Below, one piece after another: positions 29,383 through 38,985 of a DNA stretch of 64,000 nt. Position 1 is the stretch's first letter. Every line of letters starts with the position of its first letter. The position numbers and the translations under genes were made by a program. This DNA comes from Vicinamibacterales bacterium (GTDB lineage: Bacteria > Acidobacteriota > Vicinamibacteria > Vicinamibacterales > UBA8438): contig CBDCCN010000002.1 of assembly GCA_965214865.1 (NCBI GenBank), positions 210,026 through 274,025 of the forward strand, written 5' to 3'. The notes beneath the pieces were generated by a model that was not told the DNA's origin, ran no database searches, and worked only from the letters and a program-made list of their open reading frames with translations.

Positions 29383-30672
29383 ATGCAGACGCCTGCCGAT
29401 CGTTCCCGTCGAGGACTCCTGGTTGCCGCCCTGCTCCCGGCCTGCGCCGCGGCCCCAGCGGTACTGCACGCGCAGAGCGAGTCGGAGTTCGCGCCGGTCA
29501 CCGACGCGATGCTCCGGGCGCCGTCGCCGGACGACTGGCCGATGTGGCGCCGCACCCTGGACGGCTGGGGTTACAGCCCCCTCGACCGGATCGACCGCGG
29601 CAACGTGGGCGACCTGCGCCTCGTCTGGTCCCGCGCCCTGCGCGCCGGGGGCCGGCAGCAGGGCGCCCCGCTGGTCTACGACGGCGTCCTGTACATGCCG
29701 AATCCGAGCGACGTCATCCAGGCCATCGACGCGGCCACCGGGGACCTGCTGTGGGAGTACCAGCGGCCGCTGCCCGACGACGCGTGCGAGCGCATCATGC
29801 CCGGCGTGTGCACGACGAACCGGAACCTCGCCATCTACGACGATCTGATCATCGACACCAGCGTCGACGAGTTCGTGTTCGCCCTCGACGCGAAGACCGG
29901 CGAGCTGGTCTGGGAGACGCAGGTGCTCGACTACCGGACCCATCCCGCGAACCAGAGCACCGGGCCGATCATCGCCGACGGCAAGGTCGTCTCCGGGCGA
30001 AGCTGCATGCCCGCGGCCGGACCGGACGCCTGCGTCGTCACCGCGCACGATGCGCGGACGGGCCAGGAACTGTGGCGGCGCCGCACCATCCCGCGGCCCG
30101 GCGAGCCGGGCGACGAGACGTGGGGAGGCCTGCCGGACGCAGAGCGCCGGCACGTCGGGACGTGGATGGCGCCGAGCTTCGATCCCGAGCTGAACCTCCT
30201 CTACATCGGCACGTCGGTGACCTCGCCGGCCCCGAAGTTCATGGTGGGGGGCGCCGACAACCGGCACCTGTACCACAACTCCACCCTCGCCCTCGACGCC
30301 GACACCGGCGAAATCGTCTGGTACTACCAGCACCTGAACGACCACTGGGATCTCGACCATCCCTTCGAACGCCTGCTCGTCGATACGGTGGTGCGGCCGG
30401 ACCCGGCGGCGGTGCGCTGGATCAATCCGCGGCTGCAGCCGGGCGAAGAGCGCCGGGTGATGACCGGCATCCCGGGCAAGACCGGCGTCGTCTACACCCT
30501 CGACCGCGCGACGGGAGAGTTCCTGTGGGCGACGCCCACCGTGGCGCAGAACGTCATCAGCAGCATCGACGGCGCGACCGGCGCGGTCTCCGAGAACCCG
30601 GAGCTGGTCTTCGGCGGCTTCGGGCAGGAGGTCCTCACCTGCCCCACCGCCATGGGCGGCAAGGACTGGGAG
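29383..30672 (+). pseudogene. PQQ-dependent dehydrogenase, 5' portion (about 430 codons) interrupted by an inserted element
   Basis: ATG at 29383 follows GGAGG, with a signal peptide and quinoprotein propeller sequence up to ..CPTAMGGKDWE. The next 21 codons (SVDSSTDNPMYPVFIEKTAI*) are element-derived. Confidence 0.85.
30663..30672. repeat. Left copy of the 10-bp direct repeat GGACTGGGAG (candidate att core)
   Basis: An identical 10-mer occurs at 40944..40953. Joining the two copies restores one in-frame PQQ dehydrogenase. Confidence 0.7.
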
Positions 30673-30750
30673 TCCGTCGACAGCTCGACCGACAACCCAA
30701 TGTATCCCGTATTCATTGAGAAAACGGCGATCTGAACGGGTCCGAAAAGG

Positions 30751-30799
30751 CCGGAAAGCGGCTGGCAGAACCGGAAACGGCTGGCAGTGCGGCTGGCAG
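30751..30799. repeat. Left subterminal cluster of 3 direct CGGCTGGCAG repeats (two as CCGGAAA(G)CGGCTGGCAG)
   Basis: Copies at 30759..30768, 30778..30787 and 30790..30799, which is 87 to 127 bp inside the left junction. Confidence 0.8.
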
Positions 30800-30822
30800 T
30801 CGACCGGGTTTTGACGAGAGCT

Positions 30823-31410
30823 TCATGCGTCACTCCGGGCGGCGACTTCAAGCGTCTTCGCGTATCCGAACGCGCCGAGTGCGAGTCTCCAGAGGTCGAT
30901 GTTCTCGGTAAGGTCGCCCCGCGTTCCGCTCGCCCGGGTTTCCAGATGGTACCGCGTGCGCTCGAATGTGCACCGGTGATGATGGACGATCGCCTTCAAG
31001 CCGCCGGCTCCCGTCGGGTGCATCCCGTGGTCGAGGCGTGTTCCCCTCGTTCGCTCACTGAGCCGTTGTACGGCCGCAGCGATTCCCTGTTGGTCCGCCG
31101 GGCCGAGGTCGTTCCAAAGGTCTTCGAGATCGTGCGTCTTGAAGCACTCGCCGTTCGGACTGGCTCTGATGGCGATGGCCTTCATGCTCTGTTCGGCCGA
31201 GAGGGCGAGCACGGCGGCGGCGGTCCAGGTGATCGCGTTGCGCCATTCCCGTTCGTTCATGAGCGGCTGGCCGGTTACTTTCGCGAACAGGGTGTTGTTC
31301 GCCGCCATCTCGTCGCGGTTTTGCCAGACCGTTTGAGAAGCACCTGCGAGAGTACGCTCCGCCATGCGGAGCCAGTCGAGCCAATTCTGTTGGAGGAGTC
31401 TCTGCGCCAT
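30823..31410 (-). CDS. HEPN-domain-like protein
   Basis: ATG at 31410. The segment ..SAEQSMKAIAI...FKTHDLEDLWNDL.. and the later ..FERTRYH.. resemble the classical HEPN pattern (E..LKA....KTHDL..L ... aRYp). No adjacent nucleotidyltransferase partner was seen. Confidence 0.5.
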   Translation of the reverse strand: MAQRLLQQNWLDWLRMAERTLAGASQTVWQNRDEMAANNTLFAKVTGQPLMNEREWRNAITWTAAAVLALSAEQSMKAIAIRASPNGECFKTHDLEDLWNDLGPADQQGIAAAVQRLSERTRGTRLDHGMHPTGAGGLKAIVHHHRCTFERTRYHLETRASGTRGDLTENIDLWRLALGAFGYAKTLEVAARSDA

Positions 31411-31451
31411 CGTCCCTGTTGGGTTGGCGACATCGTACTGCCGAGCGCGAC

Positions 31452-32083
31452 CTACGGCGCGGCCACTTCCACCAACTCGCCGTGGCGCACCGCGAAGCTG
31501 CGGGTGACCGGCACAGTGGGGGCGTCGGCGAAGGGCGCGTCGACGGCCCGGTCGAGCAGGCGAACCGTGACAATCGCCCCATCGATCTCCACAGAGCGTA
31601 CGTGAACGCGGTCGCCGAGCAGCACGCTGCCAGCGTGATGCGGCCGGCCCTCGCGGTCGCGTGGAGAACACGCCGCTCCCGCCAGGGTGAGTGACCAGCA
31701 CGGCCGCAATGTCCGCACTGCCGTTTCTGTCGAGGTCGCCGGTGGCGACCAGCTCCAGCCTCACCGTGAGGATGCTGGCGGGAACCCCCGGCGACCGGCT
31801 CCCTGAACTCGCCGTCCCGCAGGGTGACGTGGCCGGCATCGCGGAACCCGGTGGCGTACGTCGCGTCGCGCGCGGCGCCGGCATCAAGGCCCGCGGGTCC
31901 GCCCATCGCACAGCCCCCGAGCGCCAAGAGCACGACTCCGCCGGCCAGCTTGCGGATGTTCCGACCATCCTGGTGCGGGACTCGCTCGCCGCACGAGCCA
32001 GCCTCAAGCACGATCCAGAGCACGATGGCGACGATACCACGCTCCCCGGCTGACCCTTCGAGACTGGACCGCACGCACCGCAA
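31452..32083 (-). pseudogene. Decayed lipoprotein gene spread over three frames
   Basis: Lipobox piece (LAGGVVLLALGGC..ATYATGFRDAGHVTLRDGEFREP) in one frame. Next comes ASILTVRLELVATGDLDRNGSADIAAVLVTHPGGSGVF in a second frame. The third frame gives DREGRPHHAGSVLLGDRVHVRSVEIDGAIVTVRLLDR... The apparent shifts are near 31785 and 31665. Confidence 0.4.
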
Positions 32084-32569
32084 GGGAGGGAGATCCGCGC
32101 CAGAGAATCAAGAGCGAACATCGTGCCGGCCGGCGAACCATGAGAGCAGATCGGACACGAAGATGCCGTGAGAGCGTGTAAATTGACCCCCTTCGATGAT
32201 TACAGCGAACTTACAGCCGAAATTACACGCATCCTCTCGAAAAACCCCGGAATCATTGACCAAACCGAACACCAACAAACCAACCTCGGAACACATAAAG
32301 GGTCGGGGAAAAAGAGGGAGCGACCCACCGCAAAACTGGCGTTTTGCGGTCCCGGCCGATGTTCCTGCGTCACACCCGCCGGGCCGGGTCGCTCCCCAAC
32401 GAAGGGGTCCCTCCGGGAAGGGTTGCCACGCTCGCGACCGGCTGCCACCGACTGGCCTCGCGCCAGTCTGGTGATGCTCCGGTCCCGGCGCAACGCAGGT
32501 GCGGCGGCGTTGTCGGTTGACGGTCCCCATTCGGAACGACGCCCTTGCGATATACACTTCCACGCCATC

Positions 32570-33797
32570 ATGACGGATCAGGTTTCGAGCCTCAACGAGA
32601 CGCTCGTGTCCCTGCGAGCCGACCGGGACGCGCGGCGCTTCGACGGAACGCAGTTCGAGGACGCCGTGCTTCGGCACGCCGCAGGCATCCCGAGTTGGGA
32701 GATCGCCGAGTGCTGGCGCTACCTGGAGTGGCCGGAGCGTACGGCGGTGGGCGTCCCCCTGCCGTCGCACGACGCCGGCATCGACCTCGTGGCCGTCAAG
32801 CGTGACGGTTCCCGCGTGGCGATCCAGTGCAAGGCGCGGAGCGGTGACGGATCGGTGACGACGAAGCAGGTGCAGCAGCTTGCCGGCGCTGCGCCGGCGT
32901 CGGTGTTCGCCGAGCGCTGGATGGTGGCGGAAGCCCGCCGGAGCGCGGCGACGACGGACGCCGCCGACGTCGCCGACGTGACGTTCATCGACTTCGAGGC
33001 GGCGCTGGCCGAGGCGCGGGACAGTGCGCGGGAGCACTCGGCGACCGAACCCGACCCGCGGACGGCCATGCAGGACGAGGCCGTGGCGGCGTGCGTGCGG
33101 GCGCTCCGCGCCGGGCTGCCGGAACACCGGGGCCGCTGGTGCGGCCACGACCCGCCGGGGCTGGATGCCGCGCGACGCGGCGCGTGCGACGCTCGTGCTG
33201 CCGTGCGGGACCGGCAAGACCCGCGTGTCGATGCGGATCCTGTCGGCGTTGTCGGAGCCGGGCGACCTCGGCGTGGTGCTCGTGCCGAGCATCGCGCTGA
33301 TCGCCCAGGTGCGGCGGGAGTACCTGTCGCACCTCGGCCTTCCGGTGCGGGCGCTTGCCGTGTGCAGCGACGAGACGGCGGGCCATGTCGATGCCGAGCG
33401 GGATCCGGATCTGGCGGCGGACCCGACGCGCGACACTGGACAGGTCCGCGCCGCCGACATCGGCTGCCGGGTCGCCCAGAACGCCGAGGCGGTGGCGGAG
33501 TGGCTGCGCGCTGGCCTGGACTCGACCGACCTTCGCATCATCTTCTCGACCTACCAGTCGGCGCACCACACGGCGGACGCGCTGCGGTCGGAGCGCCAGT
33601 TCGCGCAAGTCCTGATCCTCGACGAGGCTCACCGGACGGCGCAGTTGCGGCCGGCGAAGAGCCGGCGGCAGGACGAGCAGGGTACACGGCTCGCCTTCGG
33701 CTTCGCGAGACGAACCACTGTTGCGGGCCGTGTGCCGCATCCACGGGGGCGCTGTGGAAGTGCCCGGTCTGGGGACGCCCGGTCAACGTCGCGCTGA
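32570..33797 (+). pseudogene. Mrr-type restriction endonuclease domain fused to a DEAD/DEAH helicase; frameshifted and 3'-truncated
   Basis: The N-terminus has DAGIDLVAVKRDGSRVAIQCKARSG (PD-(D/E)xK, Mrr-like). After a frame change near 33120..33170 the helicase motifs I (LPCGTGKT), Ia (LVPSIAL) and II (LILDEAHRTA) appear. No later helicase motifs are present. Confidence 0.65.
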
Positions 33798-34002
33798 ATC
33801 TGAAGGTCGGCGAGGCGGGCGCCCCCAGCCCGTTGGAAATCTCGCGGGCGATCGTCGCCGATCACGCCTGCACCGGGGCCGCGAGATTCCCACACTCCCA
33901 CAGCGGTCGTCGTCGATGACTGACACGGAAACGACGTTCATCGGAAGATGTGTCATGATGTGAGCCCGCAAGCATTAACCCGTCCACGGGATCGGGGCAA
34001 CC

Positions 34003-34645
34003 TCAGTGAGTCTTGCGCACCAGCGCTTCGTGCACGCGTTGGGGCAACTGCGAGCGGGAGAATTCGGCGAAGGCGCGCGAGAAGACAGACTCGCTCGGCA
34101 CCTGGCTCCGCCGCTCCCAGCCGCAAAGGCGCCGTAGCGCCACGTCGGTGTCCAAGCGGTCCAGCAGCACGCGCGTGGTCGGCATGTCGTAGACCGCCTT
34201 GGCCACGAATGCCCGCGCCAGCGCGGCGCGGTCGCTCGGCGGACGCCCCGGCGCCCCAAACTGCGGGGGAATCCACTGCTCGATGCGGATGACCTCCAAG
34301 GTCTGCACCAACTGTTGCTGCTTGGCGGTCAGTGGCCCCAACTCCTGCTCCAGATTGGGGAACAGCGCCTCCTGAATCGACTGCCAGTAGGGGCGAAGGA
34401 ATCTCGCAGACGGTTCATGCTTCGTTCGACCTCCTGTGCAAATGTCCTTCTGGAACCATATCAAGCAGCAACGCGATGAGCGAGGCGCCAAGAGCCGTGC
34501 GCAACGCCGAGTTGCAGCTCGCATACACCCGTTGTGCTACCCTTGGCCGACTGCTCCACGGCTTCCTGCCCTGTCGGGCAAGAAAACCACCCCATCGCCG
34601 AGGTTCTGCAAGAGCCTCCAGAGTTTAGTAGGGTATGCGCCGGAA
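34003..34645 (-). mobile_element. Truncated, diverged copy of the IS found at 37400..38964 (left end plus about 135 N-terminal transposase codons)
   Basis: It encodes ..PYWQSIQEALFPNLEQELGPLTAKQQQLVQTLEVIRIEQWIPPQFGAPGRPPSDR..VRKTH, about 90% identical to the intact transposase N-terminus. The terminal sequence GTTCTGCAAGAGCCTCCAGAGTTTAG matches the IS inverted repeat. A 1-nt deletion follows the ATG, and the copy ends abruptly at 34003. Confidence 0.75.
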
Positions 34646-34685
34646 CCGTGGAGCCACGGTCCCGGCGAAGGTCCCGGCGAAGAGG

Positions 34686-35171
34686 TCAGCCGAACAGCAC
34701 GCCGAGCACGTCCGCTTCGCGCTCGGCATCGAGCAGGCCGATCCAGGCGTGCGTTACCATCCCGTCGCCGTCGACCAGCAGCAGGGTCGGCGTTCCCTGG
34801 ACAGGCAGCGTGTCACGTTGAACGAACATGACTGAATCAGGAGTGATGCCTTCGGACGCCAAGTAGCCCTCGATGCCGGCGTCGAAAGGCGGGGCGACAA
34901 CGACGATCTCAACGTCTTGGCTGTCGCGCTCGAGCAAGCGCCGGTAGAACGGCATCGACTGCTGGCAGAACCGGCAGTCGGACCGTAGCACCATCAGCAG
35001 GGTGCGGCCATCGAGGTCGAGAACGTCGCCTGCTCGAAACTCGACAAGCTCCGACTCGGACATGCCGGCGACGCCTGATGGCCGGAATTGCGATCCCACC
35101 AAGACCAGAATGGCTACGGCGACCGCGATCGTCGCGCCGTCTGCAAGCTGGCTGAGCCGCGCGCCTGTCAC
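34686..35171 (-). CDS. Membrane-anchored thioredoxin-fold (TlpA/ResA-like) thiol:disulfide oxidoreductase
   Basis: N-terminal TM segment and a CRFC (CxxC) motif in the context LLMVLRSDCRFCQ. The GTG start overlaps the upstream stop (GTGA). Confidence 0.7.
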   Translation of the reverse strand: MTGARLSQLADGATIAVAVAILVLVGSQFRPSGVAGMSESELVEFRAGDVLDLDGRTLLMVLRSDCRFCQQSMPFYRRLLERDSQDVEIVVVAPPFDAGIEGYLASEGITPDSVMFVQRDTLPVQGTPTLLLVDGDGMVTHAWIGLLDAEREADVLGVLFG

Positions 35172-35881
35172 CGCTCTACCTCCGGCAGTTCGCGGACGGC
35201 GTAGCCGGACGGAATCCCGAACGTGTCCGCCGGCAGGGAGGCCCGTTCCGCGGATCGCAGCCGCTCGCCCGTCATGCTGCCGTCGGGCAAGTGCATCTCC
35301 CGGACAACGACCTCATCGGACTCGTCATCGATCCAGAGAACGGTCAAGGTGCCGTCCTGATGCTCCGTTGTCCACGCCCGCAAGACCATCGGGCCGTACG
35401 TCCTAAAGCCGCCCGAAGGTGACATTTCACCGCCATGATCATGCGCGTCGTCGAGACTGTGGTCGTGACCGTGTTCGGTCGTTGGCGCGGGCAGGAAGGA
35501 GACAATCGAAGGAACCGGCGCTTGCGGTTCCCAGTATGCACCCCGCGGGCCACGGATGGCGTTCTCCAGATCGTGGCTGATCGTGATCCGCTCGAACCGG
35601 GTTCTGATCTCCGTGGACTCGAAGGTCTCGCCTGATGGCGGGAACGGTCGACGTACATCCCGGCGCCACAGCGACACGTGCTTCGGCGTCAGGTACATTG
35701 TGCCCGTTCCAAGGCTGATCGTCTCCCCCTCGCCCGACTCGAATACCCGCTCGAACGTCACGACGACACCGGAGACCCCGCCGTTCTGCTGCTCGGCCGC
35801 CATGACGGCGCACGCGAGAAGCACAGCCAGCGACGTTGCGCCAACGACGATCCGTCGATACGACCTCAAGTTGTTGGTCAT
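35168..35881 (-). CDS. Hypothetical secreted protein with His-rich patch (EHGHDHSLDDAHDHGG)
   Basis: Signal peptide (VVGATSLAVLLACAVMAAEQ). It is coupled to the thioredoxin-like gene by a 4-nt overlap. Confidence 0.55.
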   Translation of the reverse strand: MTNNLRSYRRIVVGATSLAVLLACAVMAAEQQNGGVSGVVVTFERVFESGEGETISLGTGTMYLTPKHVSLWRRDVRRPFPPSGETFESTEIRTRFERITISHDLENAIRGPRGAYWEPQAPVPSIVSFLPAPTTEHGHDHSLDDAHDHGGEMSPSGGFRTYGPMVLRAWTTEHQDGTLTVLWIDDESDEVVVREMHLPDGSMTGERLRSAERASLPADTFGIPSGYAVRELPEVER

Positions 35882-35938
35882 GCCCTTATCCTCCTCGTCC
35901 CGTTCCAGAAGGCCCTCGTTCCCGAGAGTTCTCGACGA

Positions 35939-36241
35939 TTAGCTGTACAGGCAGTTCTGGTTGTGGAAATGCTCGTGCCGGCCGCACCCGTCACCGTTCG
36001 TCGTGAAAACACATCGTTCGATATGGTATTCCTTACCCCACCAGACGAAGCATTCGCCGTCGGGGCCGGACTCTTGCGCGCATCTCCGAAAGCCGTCGGG
36101 CCTGCACGTGATGCTCTCAGTGAAACACGTGCAGGAGCTACTGTAGGGGTCGATCCGGCTGTCCGCCGAAAGCATGTCGGTCGAGACCAGCAGCAGCAAT
36201 ACCGCGGAGAGCACAACGAGCCGCAGAATAGATCGCCGCAT
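35939..36241 (-). CDS. Small secreted Cys-rich protein (8 Cys in about 75 mature residues)
   Basis: Signal peptide MRRSILRLVVLSAVLLLLVS. Cysteines occur at SSSCTCF, ITCRP, RRCAQ, GECFV, ERCVF, DGCGR and QNCLY. GC is locally lower. Confidence 0.55.
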   Translation of the reverse strand: MRRSILRLVVLSAVLLLLVSTDMLSADSRIDPYSSSCTCFTESITCRPDGFRRCAQESGPDGECFVWWGKEYHIERCVFTTNGDGCGRHEHFHNQNCLYS

Positions 36242-36340
36242 CAGGAACCTCCCACGAAGTGCCGGGCCATCAACTGGCCCGACGGACGGACGTGGTACAC
36301 GATAGCCGCTCCGGAGGCTTTCGCGGAACTGGGGGTTTTC

Positions 36341-37156
36341 CTAGGCCGCTAGCGCGGCTTCATCGAGCGTCGCAATGGCCGCCCGGACCGACGCGATCTC
36401 CTCGTCACGACGCACCTGCTCTGCGACACGCGCCGCCGCGGCCTCGCAGTGCGCGTCGACGACAGCAGGTGTGGATACCCAGCCGTCGAGCACCTGTCCC
36501 GCGGCCGCGAGACGGTCGGCGTTCCGGCCCACGACGACGACTTCGACGGCGCGGCCCGCCGCCAGCAGCGCCGCCCACAACCCGGCATGCTGCCCGCCCC
36601 AGGTCCGCAGGGCGCTCTGCGTCTCCTCCTCCGGCTGGACCAACACGAACGTCGCCCGCTCGGCGTCGAGCGCCAGCGGCAGCCTGTGGACGAAAGGCCG
36701 GCGGCGGGAGCCGTCCGCGCCGGCGTACACCCGGCCCGGCCACACGTCCCGCGGCACCCCCGCGGCCGTGAACGCCGCCACCTTCTCGCCGTCGGCCGGC
36801 AGCCACGGCGCGTCGAGGTGGTCGATCACGTAGTCGAGCGCCAGCAGCCGGCGCAACGCCACGACCGGAGTCGCGTCGCGCCGAGGGCGAAGGTGCTCCA
36901 CGCCCAACGCCCGGTAGAGTTCGCGGTCCACGATCCGGCACAGCAGCCCCGGATCGTTCCGGGAATCCTCCGGCATCGCTGCCGGGCCGCATCCGGAATC
37001 GTGCGGAATCTCCGTCGAAGTTCTGCGGAACACCCTCCGGAGCAGCGCGGAGGTCGCGCCGCGCAACGTCGATGGCGCGAGCTGGTCCCCGCCGTCCTCC
37101 CGCCGAGCCACCGACCGCGCGGCCACATCCACGGGACGGTCCTCGAAATCGGTCAT
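36341..37156 (-). CDS. Hypothetical protein
   Basis: ATG at 37156 sits 7 nt after GGAGGAG. Composition is globular. No motif was recognised. Confidence 0.5.
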   Translation of the reverse strand: MTDFEDRPVDVAARSVARREDGGDQLAPSTLRGATSALLRRVFRRTSTEIPHDSGCGPAAMPEDSRNDPGLLCRIVDRELYRALGVEHLRPRRDATPVVALRRLLALDYVIDHLDAPWLPADGEKVAAFTAAGVPRDVWPGRVYAGADGSRRRPFVHRLPLALDAERATFVLVQPEEETQSALRTWGGQHAGLWAALLAAGRAVEVVVVGRNADRLAAAGQVLDGWVSTPAVVDAHCEAAAARVAEQVRRDEEIASVRAAIATLDEAALAA

Positions 37157-37399
37157 CGCCCGGCTCCTCCGAATGGCGCGCCCAACCAGACGCACACCGA
37201 GCGCCTCCGCCGACCGTGCCGACTCGACAGGCATGGAGGCAGTTTACCTGACTGTCAATGGCCGCACAACGGCCATTCTCTCGTGTGCTGCCCAGCCCCC
37301 GAGGTCGCGTCGATGGCGCGCTGTTCAGCAACGTTTATTGCCGTATGTCCGGGCATCTGGCGGTCCAGTCCGGTCCCACGGCGTGCGCTCGTGGCTGAC

Positions 37400-38964
37400 T
37401 TTGAAATATGAGCTTCTTGCAAAACCCTGCGGAGAGGCGATTTTCGGTCTGGACAAGCGCAGGCAGGATGCCGGTGGGCAGTTGCGTTCGACGAGAGGGT
37501 AACATGGCAGCAACTCGGCGTTGAGCGTGTCGCTCACCGCTTTGGTATTCGCGGGAGGTCAACTGCAGCATGCCCCGTATGCGAGATTCCTTCGCCCCCT
37601 ACTGGCAGTCGATTCAGAATGCGCTGTTTCCCGATCTGGAGCAGGAGCTGGGACCACTGACCGCCAAGCAGCAGCAGTTGGTGCAGACCTTGGAGGTCCT
37701 CCGCATCGAGCAGTGGATTCCCCCGCAGTTTGGGGCGCCGGGGCGTCCGCCGAGCGACCGCACTGCGCTGGCGCGGGCATTCGTGGCCAAGGCGGTCTAC
37801 GACATGCCGACCACGCGGATGCTGCTGGACCGCTTGGACACCGACGTGGCGCTCCGGCGTCTATGCGGCTGGGAGCGGCGGAGCCAGGCGCCGAGCGAGT
37901 CGGTCTTCTCGCGCGCCTTCGCCGAATTCGCCCGCTCGCAGTTGCCCCAACGGGTGCACGAGGCGTTGGTCCGCAAGACCCACGGCGACCAGTTGGTGGG
38001 CCATCTCTCCCGCGACTCGACGGCCATCGAGGTCCGCGAGAAGCCTGCCGTCAAGGAGAAGGCGCCGACGCCTCCCAAGCGCAAGCGGGGACGGCCGAAG
38101 AAGGGCGAAGAACGGCCGAAGCGGCGCACACGGCTCGAACGGCAGTCCACCATGACCCTGCCCGAGATGCTCGACGACCTGCCGACCGACTGCGATGTCG
38201 GCACGAAGAAGAACAGCAAGGGATACCGCGACACCTGGGTCGGCTACAAGCTGCACATCGACGTGGCCGACGGCCAGGTCCCCATCAGTTGCCTGTTGAC
38301 CTCGGCCTCGACGCATGACAGCCAAGCCGCCATTCCCCTGGCGACGATGGCGGCCGAACGGGCGACCAACTGCCATGACCTGATGGATTCGGCCTACGAT
38401 GCCGAAGCGGTCCACGAACACAGCCGCTCACTCGGCCACGTCCCGTTGATTGACATCAACCCCCGCCGCGACAAGGCGCTGGCCGAGGAGCTGAAAGCTG
38501 AAGCCCGGCGCCTGCGGTGCATCGGCTTCCAGCTTCCTGAGCAGGTCCGGTACAACGAACGCACCGCGGGTGAGCGCGTCAATGGCCGACTGAAGGACGA
38601 GTTCGGTGGCCGCCATGTACGCGTCCGTGGCGCCTCGAAGGTGATGTGCCATTGCATGTTCGGCATCCTCGCCCTCACTGCCGACCAGCTCCTGCGCCTT
38701 GTGACATAACCGACGTGTCGGCGGACCGGCCGCATCCCATCGCCATGGCCGGACCGCCATCAGCGCATCTACCCGTGTCCCTCAACGCCCGTCGAGAACA
38801 CCGTCGAAGCCGGCTGTCTCAGCCCTCTCCGCTTGCCCACACGTGCTGTAGAACGAGATCGGAGGCGACAAACCCAAGGGCGATGGGACTCCAAGCAGGA
38901 AGGACCGCCATCAGCCCATCGAGCCGAATCCCCCACGAGTTCTGCAAGTGGCTCAAATAAGAAA
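37400..38964 (+). mobile_element. Insertion sequence of about 1.57 kb (IS4/IS5-like, DDE transposase) with imperfect terminal inverted repeats
   Basis: IRL is TTTGAAATATGAGCTTCTTGCAAAAC (37400..). IRR is GTTCTGCAAGTGGCTCAAATAAGAAA (..38964). About 18 of 25 positions match. No clear target-site duplication was found. Confidence 0.7.
37570..38709 (+). CDS. DDE transposase (IS4/IS5 superfamily)
   Basis: 379 aa, with ..HLSRDSTAIEV.., ..GYKLHIDV.., ..LMDSAYDA.. and ..NERTAGERVNGRLKDEFG.., a typical DDE_Tnp_1 layout. Confidence 0.85.
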   Translation: MPRMRDSFAPYWQSIQNALFPDLEQELGPLTAKQQQLVQTLEVLRIEQWIPPQFGAPGRPPSDRTALARAFVAKAVYDMPTTRMLLDRLDTDVALRRLCGWERRSQAPSESVFSRAFAEFARSQLPQRVHEALVRKTHGDQLVGHLSRDSTAIEVREKPAVKEKAPTPPKRKRGRPKKGEERPKRRTRLERQSTMTLPEMLDDLPTDCDVGTKKNSKGYRDTWVGYKLHIDVADGQVPISCLLTSASTHDSQAAIPLATMAAERATNCHDLMDSAYDAEAVHEHSRSLGHVPLIDINPRRDKALAEELKAEARRLRCIGFQLPEQVRYNERTAGERVNGRLKDEFGGRHVRVRGASKVMCHCMFGILALTADQLLRLVT

Positions 38965-38985
38965 ATTATTATTGTTCGCGTGCAG

